Positions 1 through 9,711 of a stretch of 64,000 nucleotides of DNA are shown in pieces. The stretch is from a virus (Duplodnaviria > Caudoviricetes). The notes beneath the pieces are model-generated. The model ran no database searches. It was not told the DNA's origin and worked only from the letters and a program-made list of their open reading frames with translations. The position numbers were made by a program, and so were the translations under genes. The number at the start of each line of letters is the position of its first letter. Positions within the stretch are counted from its first letter, which is position 1. The stretch covers positions 24,278-88,277 of IMG/VR virus record IMGVR_UViG_2775507133_000001. The stretch is one strand, 5' to 3'.

Positions 1-1437
1 GGTGTCCGGCCAGTCCGTGGCCGGCGTGACGGCACCGATCTGCGTGGGCACCGCGGGCGGGATGTTCTTCACCCAGTTCACGCGGACGCCGATCTCGGCG
101 AACTTGTCCTCGATGCAGCGGGCGGGCAGGTCACAGATCTGCGAGCCGCTCCTGCGCGCGATGTCGGCGAGGAACATGTTCCTGGCCCACCACGGCATCG
201 CCACTTCCAGGTTAATGCGGTCGCACAGGTGCCACCGCTCGACCATGTCGGCGACCTGGAGGGCGAGCGCGCCGTACACGGCGGTGAAGCTGGCGAAGCT
301 CGGCGCGGTGGTGACGGGGGTGGCCTTCGCGCGGGCCTGCGCGTACATGGCGCCCTTGAGGCGCATCTCGTAGGCGACCATCGCGCGCCGGATGTAGAAG
401 GTGTTCAGCTCCGGGAAGAACCGCTGGCTGAGGATGCCGGACTGCACGCAGACGCCGTACGCGGTGCAGCGCACCTCGACCGGGTCGACGCACGGGATCT
501 TGAAGCAGGGCTTCGTCGGGTCTCCGTCGACGGCGCTGATGTCGTCGGCCTCGGTCCACTCCCACGACATCGCGTTGATGTCGAGCTCCGGCGTCATGTA
601 GTAGCGCAGCCCGCCCCGGGACAGGGACACCTCCGGGAGGTCCCACAGGTTGTCCGGGCACGAGTACTCGACGAAGTCGTAGATCGTTTCGCTGGGCGCA
701 CACCATCCGCCGCTCGCGACGAGGTCACCGCCCTTGAGGCGCCGCTGGTCGGAGGCGGTGAGCACCGTCATGGTGCCTTCCTCGACCGAGCCGGCGTCGT
801 TGACGATGAGGTCCTTCGCGAACGGCAGCTGGTAGCTGGCCGCGAGGGCCTTCCCGCCGTTCGCGACGAGGCCGGCGACGCGCGTCACGGACTCGGTGAG
901 CCCGTCCATGTCGAGGGTGGAGCCGAGCGTCGACCCGGGCACCTCCGCCGACGCGGTGATCGTGATACCGGTGCCGCCGTTGCGGGGAACGATCTGCCGC
1001 GGCGCGTGCTGCCGCACCAGGCCGAGGGACAGCCGCGGCTTCGGCACCACGACACCCGCCGAGGCCGTGACCGGCTCCTCGCCGCCCGGCTCGGCGGCGG
1101 GGTCCTCATCGCCGGCCGGGGGCTCCACGGTGGTGTCGGTGTCGGCGGCGAGCTGCTGCGGCGCGGCGGGGGCGTGGTCGTCGAGGCCGATCTCCGCCGC
1201 GAGCGTGTCGAGTTCGGCGAGGGCGTCCTGCACCTGCGACAGCCGCGCCGTCCGCTCGGCCTCCATCGCCTTGATGCCGGCCGCGAGGGCGCGCACGGCG
1301 GGCATGGACTCCAGGTCCAGGTCGGGGTTGGTGCGCATCGCCTGGAACGCCTCGCGCGCCGCCGCGATCTGCGTGTCCAGGTCCTCGGCGGACAGGGTGG
1401 CGATGTCGTCCGGCAGCTCGTACGGCTGGTCGGCCAT
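1..1437 (-). CDS. Major capsid protein (3' end runs off window)
   Basis: Translated manually: MADQPYELPDD...LVASGGWCAPSETIYDF...LPEVSLSRGGLRY...CFKIPC. The GGWCAPSET motif is typical of Cys-rich actinophage capsids. GGAG RBS upstream; lies downstream of the protease and portal genes. Confidence 0.85.
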   Translation of the reverse strand, partial: MADQPYELPDDIATLSAEDLDTQIAAAREAFQAMRTNPDLDLESMPAVRALAAGIKAMEAERTARLSQVQDALAELDTLAAEIGLDDHAPAAPQQLAADTDTTVEPPAGDEDPAAEPGGEEPVTASAGVVVPKPRLSLGLVRQHAPRQIVPRNGGTGITITASAEVPGSTLGSTLDMDGLTESVTRVAGLVANGGKALAASYQLPFAKDLIVNDAGSVEEGTMTVLTASDQRRLKGGDLVASGGWCAPSETIYDFVEYSCPDNLWDLPEVSLSRGGLRYYMTPELDINAMSWEWTEADDISAVDGDPTKPCFKIPCVDPVEVRCTAYGVCVQSGILSQRFFPELNTFYIRRAMVAYEMRLKGAMYAQARAKATPVTTAPSFASFTAVYGALALQVADMVERWHLCDRINLEVAMPWWARNMFLADIARRSGSQICDLPARCIEDKFAEIGVRVNWVKNIPPAVPTQIGAVTPATDWPDT

Positions 1438-1562
1438 GAGTGACTCCTGTGTGATTCGCAGGAGCCAGGCCCTAAACCATCCGGCTGAAAGGGCATATTA
1501 GCTGCCCACACGGCCGGGCCGGGCCCTTGTGCAGGGCGAACGGCCTGGCCGCGCGGGCAGGG

Positions 1563-1841
1563 TCAGGCGGTGTCGTCGTCCGCGGGCGCGGCTTCGGTCG
1601 CTTCGGTCGCTTTCACCGGCTCGCCGTCGGGGGCGGGTTCGGCTGGCTCGGGCGCCGGGTCCGGGTTGGGGTCGATCACGCTGCCCGGGTAGTTCCCGTT
1701 TACCGTGCGGGCCTTCGCCACGTCGTGGGTCTGGAACACGACCGCGCCGTCACCTCCGTTGAGGATCACCCGGTACAGCGTGGCCGGGACCCGGCCGCCG
1801 GACGCGCTAACGGTCGTCTTGTTCTTCGAGCAGCCGCACAT
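1563..1841 (-). CDS. Small Cys-rich head-region protein (MCGCSK...)
   Basis: ORF track; N-terminal CxC motif; position between protease and capsid genes. Confidence 0.7.
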   Translation of the reverse strand: MCGCSKNKTTVSASGGRVPATLYRVILNGGDGAVVFQTHDVAKARTVNGNYPGSVIDPNPDPAPEPAEPAPDGEPVKATEATEAAPADDDTA

Positions 1842-2011
1842 CAGCTGGCCCCCACCTCACGGACCTCGCGGCCCGCGACCTTGTTGGCGACGGCCTGCGC
1901 GGTCGCCTTGTACGGGGTCGGCCCGAAGACGCGCCGCCCGCCCTCGACGACCTCGTACTGTGCGGTCTTCGCGCCGGTCGTCTGGCGCTTGCTTCCGCAG
2001 TTGCATCCCAT
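1841..2011 (-). CDS. Small Cys-rich head-region protein (MGCNCG..., 56 aa)
   Basis: MGCNCG start with GGGAA RBS; such proteins are common next to actinophage capsid genes. Confidence 0.7.
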   Translation of the reverse strand: MGCNCGSKRQTTGAKTAQYEVVEGGRRVFGPTPYKATAQAVANKVAGREVREVGAS

Positions 2012-2013
2012 GG

Positions 2014-5000
2014 TCAGTTCCCTCCGGTGGTGGCGGTGGTGGGCTCGTCGAGGAGAGTGGCGAGCTGCTCGGCTTCGGCGCGGGCGGCGGCCCGCTCGCT
2101 GAGGCGCCGCTCGAGGGCGGCCGCAAGCCCGTCGAGAGCGTCGGGGTCGGCGAGCACCGTGGCGAGCGCGCCCACGTCGGTGGCCGGCGACTCGACTGTC
2201 CGCTCGTGCACCGGCTCGGGGCCGGTGTCGGCCGTAGCGGGTTCCTCGAGGGCCGCCGCGGCGGCGGTGATCGCGATGTTCGACCGGTCGATGACGGCGG
2301 CGACCTGCTCCAGGCCCGGCTGCTGCGCCGACGCGGCGAGCCGCGACGGATGCCCGGGACTCGGCACGGACAGGACGGCCTTCAACTGCCAGCTGCCGTC
2401 CCGGGCCTGCGTCATGTGGTAGCTGGGCTGGCAGGCCCGGTACACGAGGCTGTCCCACGCCGACAGCCACTCGCCGGCCGCCCCGGAAAACCACATGCCG
2501 CGCTCGTTGATGCCGACCGTGACCACGGCGCCAACGGTGCGGGAGTCGTCGAACTGGCAGACGTCAGTCTCGCACTCGAAGCCGTCGCGGTGGTGGCCGA
2601 CGTTCATCGTCATCGGGCCGACCGCGACGGTGCTGCCGTCGTCGAGCTGGAGCTTCGTCCGCAGGAAGTACGAGGTGTCGATGCCGCGCTTGGCGAGCTT
2701 CTCGATGGTGACCTTCCGGCCGTGCAGCTCGTGCGGCACACCGGCCTGCGCGACCCAGCCGTAGGCGCGGCCGTCGACGACGTGGACGCCGCCGCTGTCC
2801 GGGGGGAGTTCCTCCTCGGTGGGCTCCCGGAACCAGGCGGCGGGGAACGGCTCGCGGGCCTGGACGACGCGCAGCGCCGACGCGACGAGTTGCGCGCCGT
2901 GCTGCTCGTAGCGGGCGTCGAGGGCTTCGACGGCGGCGCGCTGTTCGTCGGTCAGTTCGCTGCTGGCCGCGATGTCGCCTTCGGGGAGGGTGGACGCGCC
3001 GACGTACTGGCCGCGCGCGATCCGCACGATCCGCCCCGCTTCCAGGGCGCGCGCGAAGTGCGAGTGCACCGCGGCCGGGTCTAGGCCGAGCGCTTCGGAC
3101 ACCTCCCGCGCGGTGACCGGGGTCGGGCTGGAGCACACGTACGCCACGACCTGGTCGTGCTCGTCCCCCGAGGCGGCGGCCACGGCGGGCGCGGACGCCA
3201 TCTGCTCGGGCGGGTCGAGGACGATGCGGGCGTCCGCGAACGCGGGGATGCTGACGAGGGTCGCGCCCCGCACCCGCGCGTCGGTGATCCGCAGCAGGTA
3301 GTCGCCGGCGGTCTCCTCGTGGACGACGACACCGTCCTCGGGGTCGGGGTCGTCCGCGGCGGCGGTGAGCTGCGCGCCGAACACCTGCCGGGCGGTGGCG
3401 CGGGAGATCGCACCCCCGCTGCTGGTGAACACGCTGATGGTGCGCGTGGAGTGGGTGAGCTCCACCCCGGACGCGGTCACCTCGGGCCGGGTCTGGGCGG
3501 TGATCTGCCAGGCGCCGTCGTCGAGGCGGATGATGCTCGCCGACGCGAACGACGCCGCCAGCATCAGCGGCTCGTCCTCGTCGTCGCCGTCGGTGGCGGT
3601 GTTGTCGACGACTTGGATACTCACGTCGTCCAGGTCGACGCTCACGCCGAGCGCGGCGGGCGGCTGCTGGTCGAGGAGCGAGCACACCTCCCACCCGGCC
3701 TCCGTCGTCGGGTACATGGGGCCGCGGCCGGTGAGGCGGTCGCCGTCCCGGCCGAGTTCGGCTATCGCGCCGGCGAGCCGGGCGCCTTCGTGGGCTTGCC
3801 CCAGCCGGTCGGCGTAGTTGAGGGGCCACGGGCCGGTGTCCCAGCGCAGCGCGCCCTCCGCGAAGATCCTGCCGTCTCCGGTGCGGCGGCCTTCGTAGGC
3901 GAGCGCGCTGTCGTCGGGGGTGGTCCAGGTGCGTACGGGCGGCGGCGCCGGTTCGACCGCCTCGGCCTGAATGCTGTCTGCCATCGGTTCCTCCTGGGCG
4001 AGGGCGAGCGGGATGTCGACGTGCTCGCCGGCGAACGCGACCCGCAGCCGGTCGAAGCGGATCGGCCCGACCCGGTCGATCAGGTCCGCGAACCGGTCGG
4101 TGTCCGCGCTGTAGATCGCGGTGACGTGCGGGTGCCACGACGAGTGCTGGTCGGGGATCTCCGGGAGCGGCTCCAGCGCGTCGAACACGGCGTAGGCGGC
4201 CGCGTACCGCATGTCCTGCAAGGTGAGGGCGTCCGGGTCGCGGTTGTCGCGGTCGTCGCCGACGGACCACACCCACACGGGTTCGTCGCCGTGCGGGTTC
4301 CAGTGGGCGGCGCCGAAGACGTGCGCGGCGATCGGCGCGGTCTGCGCGTAGTCCGTCACCGACTCGGCGAGCGACACCCGCTGCTCGCTGGACCAGTCGT
4401 CGGCGTCGCCGAGGAACATCAGCGTGCAGTGGAGTTCGTCGGCGAGTTCCCCGTCTTCGAGGGCCAGGCGCTGCGCGTCCTCTTCGGCGGGGATGAGCGC
4501 GATCATCGCGCCGGTGTGGGTGGTGGCCGCCGCGGTCAAGGTGGGGGCGGGGCGGCGGTCGGCGGGCCCGACCAGCAGGCTCGCGGGCAGGCCCATGCGG
4601 TCTCCGATCTGCCTGCGCACCCTGTCGGCCTTCGATTCGGAGACGCTGGGGCGCGGGCGGTCCTTCACTCCTACGGATGCGGTGCGCTGCTCGGGTGCCA
4701 ATCGAAGGACGCACCGGCAGTTGACGGTGAGCGCGGCCGGGGCGAGGGGGTCGCCGGGGTAGCGCATCGGGAGGCCGCCGACGGTGAACGCCTCGTCGAC
4801 CAGGCGCAGCGCCCCGTCGACGTCGTTGTGGGCGTGCCGCACCCGCGCGTCGTGCCGGGTCACCCACTGCTTCACCAGCGGCCGGTCAGGGGCGGTCAGC
4901 GCCTGCCCTGCGGCGAGGGTGGCGGCGTTCCAGGCGCGAGTGGCTTCGGTGCGGGCGATGCGTTCCTCCCGCATCTCCCCCAGCTCGGCTCCCTCGCGGG

Positions 5001-5463
5001 AGAACGCTTCACGCAGCCGCGCCCGCAGCGCGGGTATGTCCTCGCCGGCGTCGAGGCCGGCCGCCAGTTCGGCGACCGCCGCGGCGGTGAGCCGGTCCCC
5101 GACGGCGCGGAGCAGGTGCTCGGTGTCGGTGACGTACGAGCCGAGCGACGCCGGTAGCTCGTCGCCCTGGTCGTGCCGCTCGGGGAGGTCGGTCCAGCCG
5201 TCGGGGAGGGTCTGCCCGCTGTCGGTGGCGGCCTGCTGGGCTGCTTGCTCGGCGACGCCGAGGAGGCGCCGCACGAGGCGCGGCATCCGGGCACGCCACA
5301 TGCGGCCGATCGCGGACAGGGAGAACCGGGCGGCGACGATCTCCATGGCCGTGGCGAGTTCCCTGCTGATCTCGGCGGCGACCTCGTCGAGGACCTGGCG
5401 GACTTCGTCGGCTACGTCCTGCTCGGCCTGGTCGAGGCGGGCCGCAAGGTCAGGCCGGGCCAT
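2014..5463 (-). CDS. MuF-like minor head protein fused to a 2H phosphoesterase domain and a capsid maturation protease-like region
   Basis: RIARTEATRAWN...KQWVTRHDARVRHAH...PGDP...NCRC (MuF); LHCTLMFLG and PHVTAIY (two HxT motifs); EGRRTGDGRIF and GATLVSIPAFADA (protease-like). Confidence 0.8.
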   Translation of the reverse strand: MARPDLAARLDQAEQDVADEVRQVLDEVAAEISRELATAMEIVAARFSLSAIGRMWRARMPRLVRRLLGVAEQAAQQAATDSGQTLPDGWTDLPERHDQGDELPASLGSYVTDTEHLLRAVGDRLTAAAVAELAAGLDAGEDIPALRARLREAFSREGAELGEMREERIARTEATRAWNAATLAAGQALTAPDRPLVKQWVTRHDARVRHAHNDVDGALRLVDEAFTVGGLPMRYPGDPLAPAALTVNCRCVLRLAPEQRTASVGVKDRPRPSVSESKADRVRRQIGDRMGLPASLLVGPADRRPAPTLTAAATTHTGAMIALIPAEEDAQRLALEDGELADELHCTLMFLGDADDWSSEQRVSLAESVTDYAQTAPIAAHVFGAAHWNPHGDEPVWVWSVGDDRDNRDPDALTLQDMRYAAAYAVFDALEPLPEIPDQHSSWHPHVTAIYSADTDRFADLIDRVGPIRFDRLRVAFAGEHVDIPLALAQEEPMADSIQAEAVEPAPPPVRTWTTPDDSALAYEGRRTGDGRIFAEGALRWDTGPWPLNYADRLGQAHEGARLAGAIAELGRDGDRLTGRGPMYPTTEAGWEVCSLLDQQPPAALGVSVDLDDVSIQVVDNTATDGDDEDEPLMLAASFASASIIRLDDGAWQITAQTRPEVTASGVELTHSTRTISVFTSSGGAISRATARQVFGAQLTAAADDPDPEDGVVVHEETAGDYLLRITDARVRGATLVSIPAFADARIVLDPPEQMASAPAVAAASGDEHDQVVAYVCSSPTPVTAREVSEALGLDPAAVHSHFARALEAGRIVRIARGQYVGASTLPEGDIAASSELTDEQRAAVEALDARYEQHGAQLVASALRVVQAREPFPAAWFREPTEEELPPDSGGVHVVDGRAYGWVAQAGVPHELHGRKVTIEKLAKRGIDTSYFLRTKLQLDDGSTVAVGPMTMNVGHHRDGFECETDVCQFDDSRTVGAVVTVGINERGMWFSGAAGEWLSAWDSLVYRACQPSYHMTQARDGSWQLKAVLSVPSPGHPSRLAASAQQPGLEQVAAVIDRSNIAITAAAAALEEPATADTGPEPVHERTVESPATDVGALATVLADPDALDGLAAALERRLSERAAARAEAEQLATLLDEPTTATTGGN

Positions 5464-5653
5464 CGGGCACCTCCCGCCGCGGGTTGGGGCACGGGTCCGG
5501 GAGCGGGATCACGGTGACGGTGGCCTTCCCCCGGTACGAGATGTGGTCACTGCCGTCCATGTGCACGGTGACGTCGCTGATGCGGGTCGCGGGCAGCACC
5601 CGCACGCCCTGGCAGTCCGGGCACAGGTCGACGTGGTCGACGCGTTCAGCCAC
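5450..5653 (-). CDS. Hypothetical protein (CxxC)
   Basis: ORF track; overlaps both neighbours as in an operon. Confidence 0.55.
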   Translation of the reverse strand: MAERVDHVDLCPDCQGVRVLPATRISDVTVHMDGSDHISYRGKATVTVIPLPDPCPNPRREVPDGPA

Positions 5654-5843
5654 GGCGGTCCTCCTGGTCGTCGGGGTCGTCGTGAACCTCGCACACGCTG
5701 ACCTTGCTGATGCGGGTGACGCCGGTCGGGAACAGGCCGAGCACGTCCACCGAGACGCCTGTGTTGGCCTTGCAGCGGCCGCACCAGGCCGGGCGGCCCG
5801 GGCCGGCGACGACGGTCACGTTGACGCGCAGGCCGGCGCTCAC
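5646..5843 (-). CDS. Hypothetical protein (WCGRC zinc-ribbon-like)
   Basis: GTG start overlaps the portal stop (GTGA). Confidence 0.55.
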   Translation of the reverse strand: MSAGLRVNVTVVAGPGRPAWCGRCKANTGVSVDVLGLFPTGVTRISKVSVCEVHDDPDDQEDRRG

Positions 5844-7636
5844 GCGGCGAGCCCCAGGCACTTGGAGAACCGCAGCACGGCCTCGGTCTCGTCGTACTGG
5901 TGGGACTTGCGGGCGGCGATCAAGGCCCGCGTGTAGTCGTCGAGGGCGAGCACGAGGCAGGGGCCGTCGACGCCGTACCGCTCGGCGACCTCGGGGACGC
6001 GCACCCACACCCCATCGAGCAGGTGGTAGACGTCGATCATGTCCGGGTCGACCGGGTACACCGTGTGGAGCTCCCCGGCCTTGATCTCGCGGGCCCGGCC
6101 GCGTTCGCTGCGCGGGCACGGCGGCTTGTTCCGCAGCCGCTCCCCGGCGGTGACGAGGGCGGCCCAGATCAGGGCGTCAGCGGCGGCCAGGAGGCCGTCG
6201 GGGATGCGGGGGCCGGACGAGGCGGGCAGCGTGTCCGGGATGCTGGTGGTCTCGTCTACGGGCAGGTCGCTCACGTTGTCCTCGTTCTCCTCACCGGGGG
6301 GCGTGTCTTGCGCGTCGTCGTCGGCCGCCTGCTTGCGGCGGGCCTGCTCCTCCTGGGGGGTGGGGGCGTCGGCCTCGTCGAAGCCGGTCTCGCGGCGGGC
6401 GGCTTCGGCACTGATGAGGCCGGCCTGGAACGCCTCCAGCGCAGTCTGGGCGCGGTTGGCCTGCACGCGGAGCTTGCTGGTGTCGAACCAGACGATCCAC
6501 TCGTTGGCGTCGTCGACGCCCTGCGCGCGGAGCATGGGGCGCAGCCACTGTGTGGTGAGGGCGTGGCACACGATCCGCAGCCGCGGTTCGACGCCGAGGC
6601 GGATCGCTTCGGCGGTGAGCGCCCACGCCCCCCAGTGGTTGACGTCGCCGAGGCCGAGGAGGATCTCCGCGGGGACTTCGAGGCCGTTGGCGAACCGGCG
6701 GATCGTCTCGTCGCGCAGCTGGATCGCCAGCTCGTCGAATGTCGACTCGAACGTCTGCCACCGGATGTCGCTGATCGACTCGGCGGGCACTTCCAGGATG
6801 ATCGGGACGGTCGCGGCGGCCGAGTCGGGTTCGCGGATCGCGGTCGCGGCGACTTCCAGGAAGATCTGGATCAGGTCGTCCTCGGCGTCACCGGCCTGCC
6901 CGGGCTGAGTGGGGAAGCGGGTGCCCTTGGGGACGAGGAGGACACCGCGGCCGGTGATCCGGGACCGGGCGATCGCCGATATCGCCGCGTTCAGCAACTG
7001 CAACTGCTCCAGCAACTGGAGGCTGGCGCGCACGGGCGAGTCGGCTTCGATGTGCCGCCAGGGGGCGGGCTTCCACACGCGGATCGCGATGGGGTCGGTG
7101 GAGTCGGGGTCCATCGCCTCGTCGAGGGCGGGGATCTCGAGTTCTTCGCCGTCGACCTCCGCGACCAGGCTGCCGCCCTGTTCCTCGCGGACCTCCAGCG
7201 TGGACAGGACGTGCCACGAGTACGAGGTGTTCTCCCCGTCCGTGGCGTCGTCCTCGTCCTCGCTGAGGTCGTCGTCTTCGTCGCGGGGACGGATGACGAT
7301 CCATCCCTCGCCGGCGGTCACGAGCTGCGGCCCGAAGTCGCCGAGGAGGTTCGACTGGCCGTCGGTGCCGCCTGCGATCTCGCGGACGATCTGCGTGGCC
7401 AGGTGCTCGTCGGGGGCGCGTTCCACGGTGTCGTCGTCGGTGCGGCGCCCCGCGTACAGGGTGGCGCCGGACATGGCGTTGCCGACCCACTCGCCGGCGA
7501 ACCGCACCTCCGGGGTGTCACGGAACGCTTCCCAGGCGCCCGCCTGCCACTTCTCGTCGGGCTTGCGTCGGCGGCTGTTCGCCGAGGACGTCTTGACGCT
7601 GTACCGCGCGGCTGCCGCGCTCACCTCGCGGGGCAT
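5840..7636 (-). CDS. Portal protein
   Basis: WQAGAWEAFRDTPEVRF, GEGWI, RVWKP..ADSPVR, GVLLVP, GLEVPAEILLG..NHW; lies between TerL and MuF. Confidence 0.8.
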   Translation of the reverse strand: MPREVSAAAARYSVKTSSANSRRRKPDEKWQAGAWEAFRDTPEVRFAGEWVGNAMSGATLYAGRRTDDDTVERAPDEHLATQIVREIAGGTDGQSNLLGDFGPQLVTAGEGWIVIRPRDEDDDLSEDEDDATDGENTSYSWHVLSTLEVREEQGGSLVAEVDGEELEIPALDEAMDPDSTDPIAIRVWKPAPWRHIEADSPVRASLQLLEQLQLLNAAISAIARSRITGRGVLLVPKGTRFPTQPGQAGDAEDDLIQIFLEVAATAIREPDSAAATVPIILEVPAESISDIRWQTFESTFDELAIQLRDETIRRFANGLEVPAEILLGLGDVNHWGAWALTAEAIRLGVEPRLRIVCHALTTQWLRPMLRAQGVDDANEWIVWFDTSKLRVQANRAQTALEAFQAGLISAEAARRETGFDEADAPTPQEEQARRKQAADDDAQDTPPGEENEDNVSDLPVDETTSIPDTLPASSGPRIPDGLLAAADALIWAALVTAGERLRNKPPCPRSERGRAREIKAGELHTVYPVDPDMIDVYHLLDGVWVRVPEVAERYGVDGPCLVLALDDYTRALIAARKSHQYDETEAVLRFSKCLGLAA

Positions 7637-7638
7637 GG

Positions 7639-7971
7639 TCAGTGGCCCAGCGAGTCGTCGAACCGGTTGGCGAGGGCCTGCGCGCCGGCGACGGCGAACC
7701 ACTCGATGCCGTGCACGAGCCAGGGCGCGTCACCCCAGCTGTCGGTGGCGAGGAGGTAGACGAGGAGCGTCAGGCCGGACAGCCAGAACCCGAAGCAGTA
7801 GATGCACGACACGAGCTGCACGATGAAGCCGCGCGCCCGGCTGTCGACCTTCTTCGCGTGCCAGAGGCCGAGGCGCTGCCGCGGGCCGTCGAGGATCGTG
7901 TCATGGACACCAAGTTGTGTCGCTCGGTACGCGGCGAAGCCGAGCAGTGCGAGCACGGGCAGAGAGATCAC
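7639..7971 (-). CDS. DUF1360-like membrane protein
   Basis: AAYRATQL..HDTI, LVSCIYCFGFW, and hydrophobic helices. Confidence 0.7.
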   Translation of the reverse strand: MISLPVLALLGFAAYRATQLGVHDTILDGPRQRLGLWHAKKVDSRARGFIVQLVSCIYCFGFWLSGLTLLVYLLATDSWGDAPWLVHGIEWFAVAGAQALANRFDDSLGH

Positions 7972-8012
7972 GGCCGCCTCCGGTGAAGATCCCCAGGTCA
8001 AGGACGGCGGCC

Positions 8013-8052
8013 ATGGTACTTCGCACGAACTGCTGCGAAGTGCCGCGAAGTG
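8013..8052 (-). promoter_or_regulatory. Putative leftward promoter (-10 TACCAT) with GCGAAGT repeats upstream of the head operon
   Basis: atggta at 8013-8018; acttcgca...tgcgaagt inverted repeat plus a second gcgaagt 10 bp later. Confidence 0.4.
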
Positions 8053-8174
8053 CACGACAGCTCGGGAGGTCGTGCGGTCCCTGAGGGCGTCGGAGTACGA
8101 CGGCTTGACCTCCATGTAGGTGCAGAAGTTCTCCGCACCCGGTGCAACCTCTGGGCCGAGGCCGCCGCTGGGAC

Positions 8175-8318
8175 ATGGAGGCGTTGTTCTTCGGGGACGT
8201 CCGCGACCAGATGGAGATGGTCGACCTGGACCTCGACGACTTCGAGAAGGTCTTCGCGGAGCTGGCCGAGATACCGGTGCACAGCGTGTTCCACGACCCG
8301 GCGGGGGTGCGCGGCTAG
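8175..8318 (+). CDS. Small acidic protein (47 aa; not in ORF track)
   Basis: MEALFFGDVRDQMEMVDLDLDDFEKVFAELAEIPVHSVFHDPAGVRG; strongly GC3-biased codons. Confidence 0.45.
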   Translation: MEALFFGDVRDQMEMVDLDLDDFEKVFAELAEIPVHSVFHDPAGVRG

Positions 8319-8614
8319 AACAGGGGCAGCGTGCCGAGCCCGCCATCATCAACACCCGCGACGAGCCGCACACCCTCCTGTCGGAGGCTGCTGGCCAGCG
8401 CCTTCTCGTTGTCCTCGAACTCAAGCTGATCTGCGGAAACGGGCAGGTCGACAATGTCGAGGGAGCCCGGGCACGACACGAGCGCGGTCCCGTACAGGCT
8501 CACGCGCTTCGGCGGGTCGTGGCGGGCCAGACGGCCCTTGCTGAGGCGTCCGGCGACCGGGCCGGCCGCGATGTGGCGGCCGCAGTCCTTGCACTCGATG
8601 CGCGGCAGTTTCAC
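8315..8614 (-). CDS. Hypothetical zinc-binding protein
   Basis: VKLPRIECKDCGR...RH...SCPGS. Confidence 0.55.
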   Translation of the reverse strand: MKLPRIECKDCGRHIAAGPVAGRLSKGRLARHDPPKRVSLYGTALVSCPGSLDIVDLPVSADQLEFEDNEKALASSLRQEGVRLVAGVDDGGLGTLPLF

Positions 8615-9115
8615 GCGGTCCAGTGTGCCCGCCGCGCAGGTCAGCGGGGGGCCTCGAAGTACTGGGAGGCCACCAGCGGCCAGCGAGGGAGCCCAGGACC
8701 CTTGTCCGGCAAGGCCAGGCAGTGCACTACGAGCCGGGTAGCCACTGATGTCGGAGGCCGCAGATAGGGTCTCCATTCGTGGGGGCGTTCAGTTCGGCTG
8801 CCGCGCTTTGTCCACAGGCCCGTCATTTAGATCACGGAAAGGCGATATACATGGGGCGCCCGGACGCAAGGGTGAAGGCAGCCATGATCGGACACTAATT
8901 CGCGATCAAGGGGTTTCATTAGCCCACCACCCAGGTAGGGTCTCGAAACCCCCAGAGAACACCCGTACGACAAGTCACTGCTTTGTATCTGGCCGTATGG
9001 GTATTCCTCTGGGGCATGACGCCCTGGTCGCCCTTCACGGGCAGTGCGGGGTGGGCCGCTTGGCCGAGCAGCCCACCCCTTGTTGATCTATCCACCTGTG
9101 CAGAGGAGAGATCTG

Positions 9116-9331
9116 GTGGAAGAACGTACCACCGAGGAACAGGAGTGCCCCGACAAGGGGTGTCCTAACCGGAATCCTCAGCCGATCGGCTGGCGGACTC
9201 GAATGGTGAACCGAGCGCGAACACACGGCCCTCTCGCCGTGATCATTTCGCAGGTGATCTATTACGGGCTGCGAGTGGCTGAGGAAGTGGCGAAGATCGT
9301 GAGCCACGGCGGATTCGGCGGAATCACGTAG
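9116..9331 (+). CDS. Hypothetical small protein
   Basis: AGAGGAG RBS before GTG at 9116; hydrophobic C-terminus. Confidence 0.45.
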   Translation: MEERTTEEQECPDKGCPNRNPQPIGWRTRMVNRARTHGPLAVIISQVIYYGLRVAEEVAKIVSHGGFGGIT

Positions 9332-9339
9332 AACCACGA

Positions 9340-9711
9340 TCAGCCGGATTCCCCGCTTCGGCGGGGGCCGGCCTCGACGGGACCTCGGTGGGGCATGTCG
9401 CCCTGCCAGGTCTCGTCGACGCGTTGCGTCGGCTCGTGGGCGCTGCGCCGCGCTACTGCGAGGCCGGGCTGTGGCCACTGGTACAGGGCGATCCGCGTGG
9501 CGGTGTCGCCGCGCAGGTCGACCTCCACCTGGTAGCGCACTGTGCCATCCGCCCAGTCCTGGCGTGCGATCACGGAAGCGTGACGCCACTGCCCGCCGGA
9601 CATCACCCGCAGCGCCGGCCGGTCGGTGCGGGGCCACGTCCACACCGTCGGCCGGGGCCCGTCCTGGGGTCGCCAGGGGCGGGCGGGTTCGGCGTCGGGG
9701 ATGCTGCTCAC
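9340..9711 (-). CDS. Hypothetical protein (SH3-like beta-rich)
   Basis: ORF track; GQWRHASVIARQDWADGTVRYQVEV. Confidence 0.6.
   Translation of the reverse strand: MSSIPDAEPARPWRPQDGPRPTVWTWPRTDRPALRVMSGGQWRHASVIARQDWADGTVRYQVEVDLRGDTATRIALYQWPQPGLAVARRSAHEPTQRVDETWQGDMPHRGPVEAGPRRSGESG

Noticed and set aside
229-5157. Long plus-strand ORFs opposite structural genes (and similar ones throughout, e.g. 21484-23994, 33193-35394, 49647-51761)
   Set aside because: Antisense or alternate-frame shadows typical of high-GC DNA, with Arg/Gly/Pro-rich translations and no motifs.
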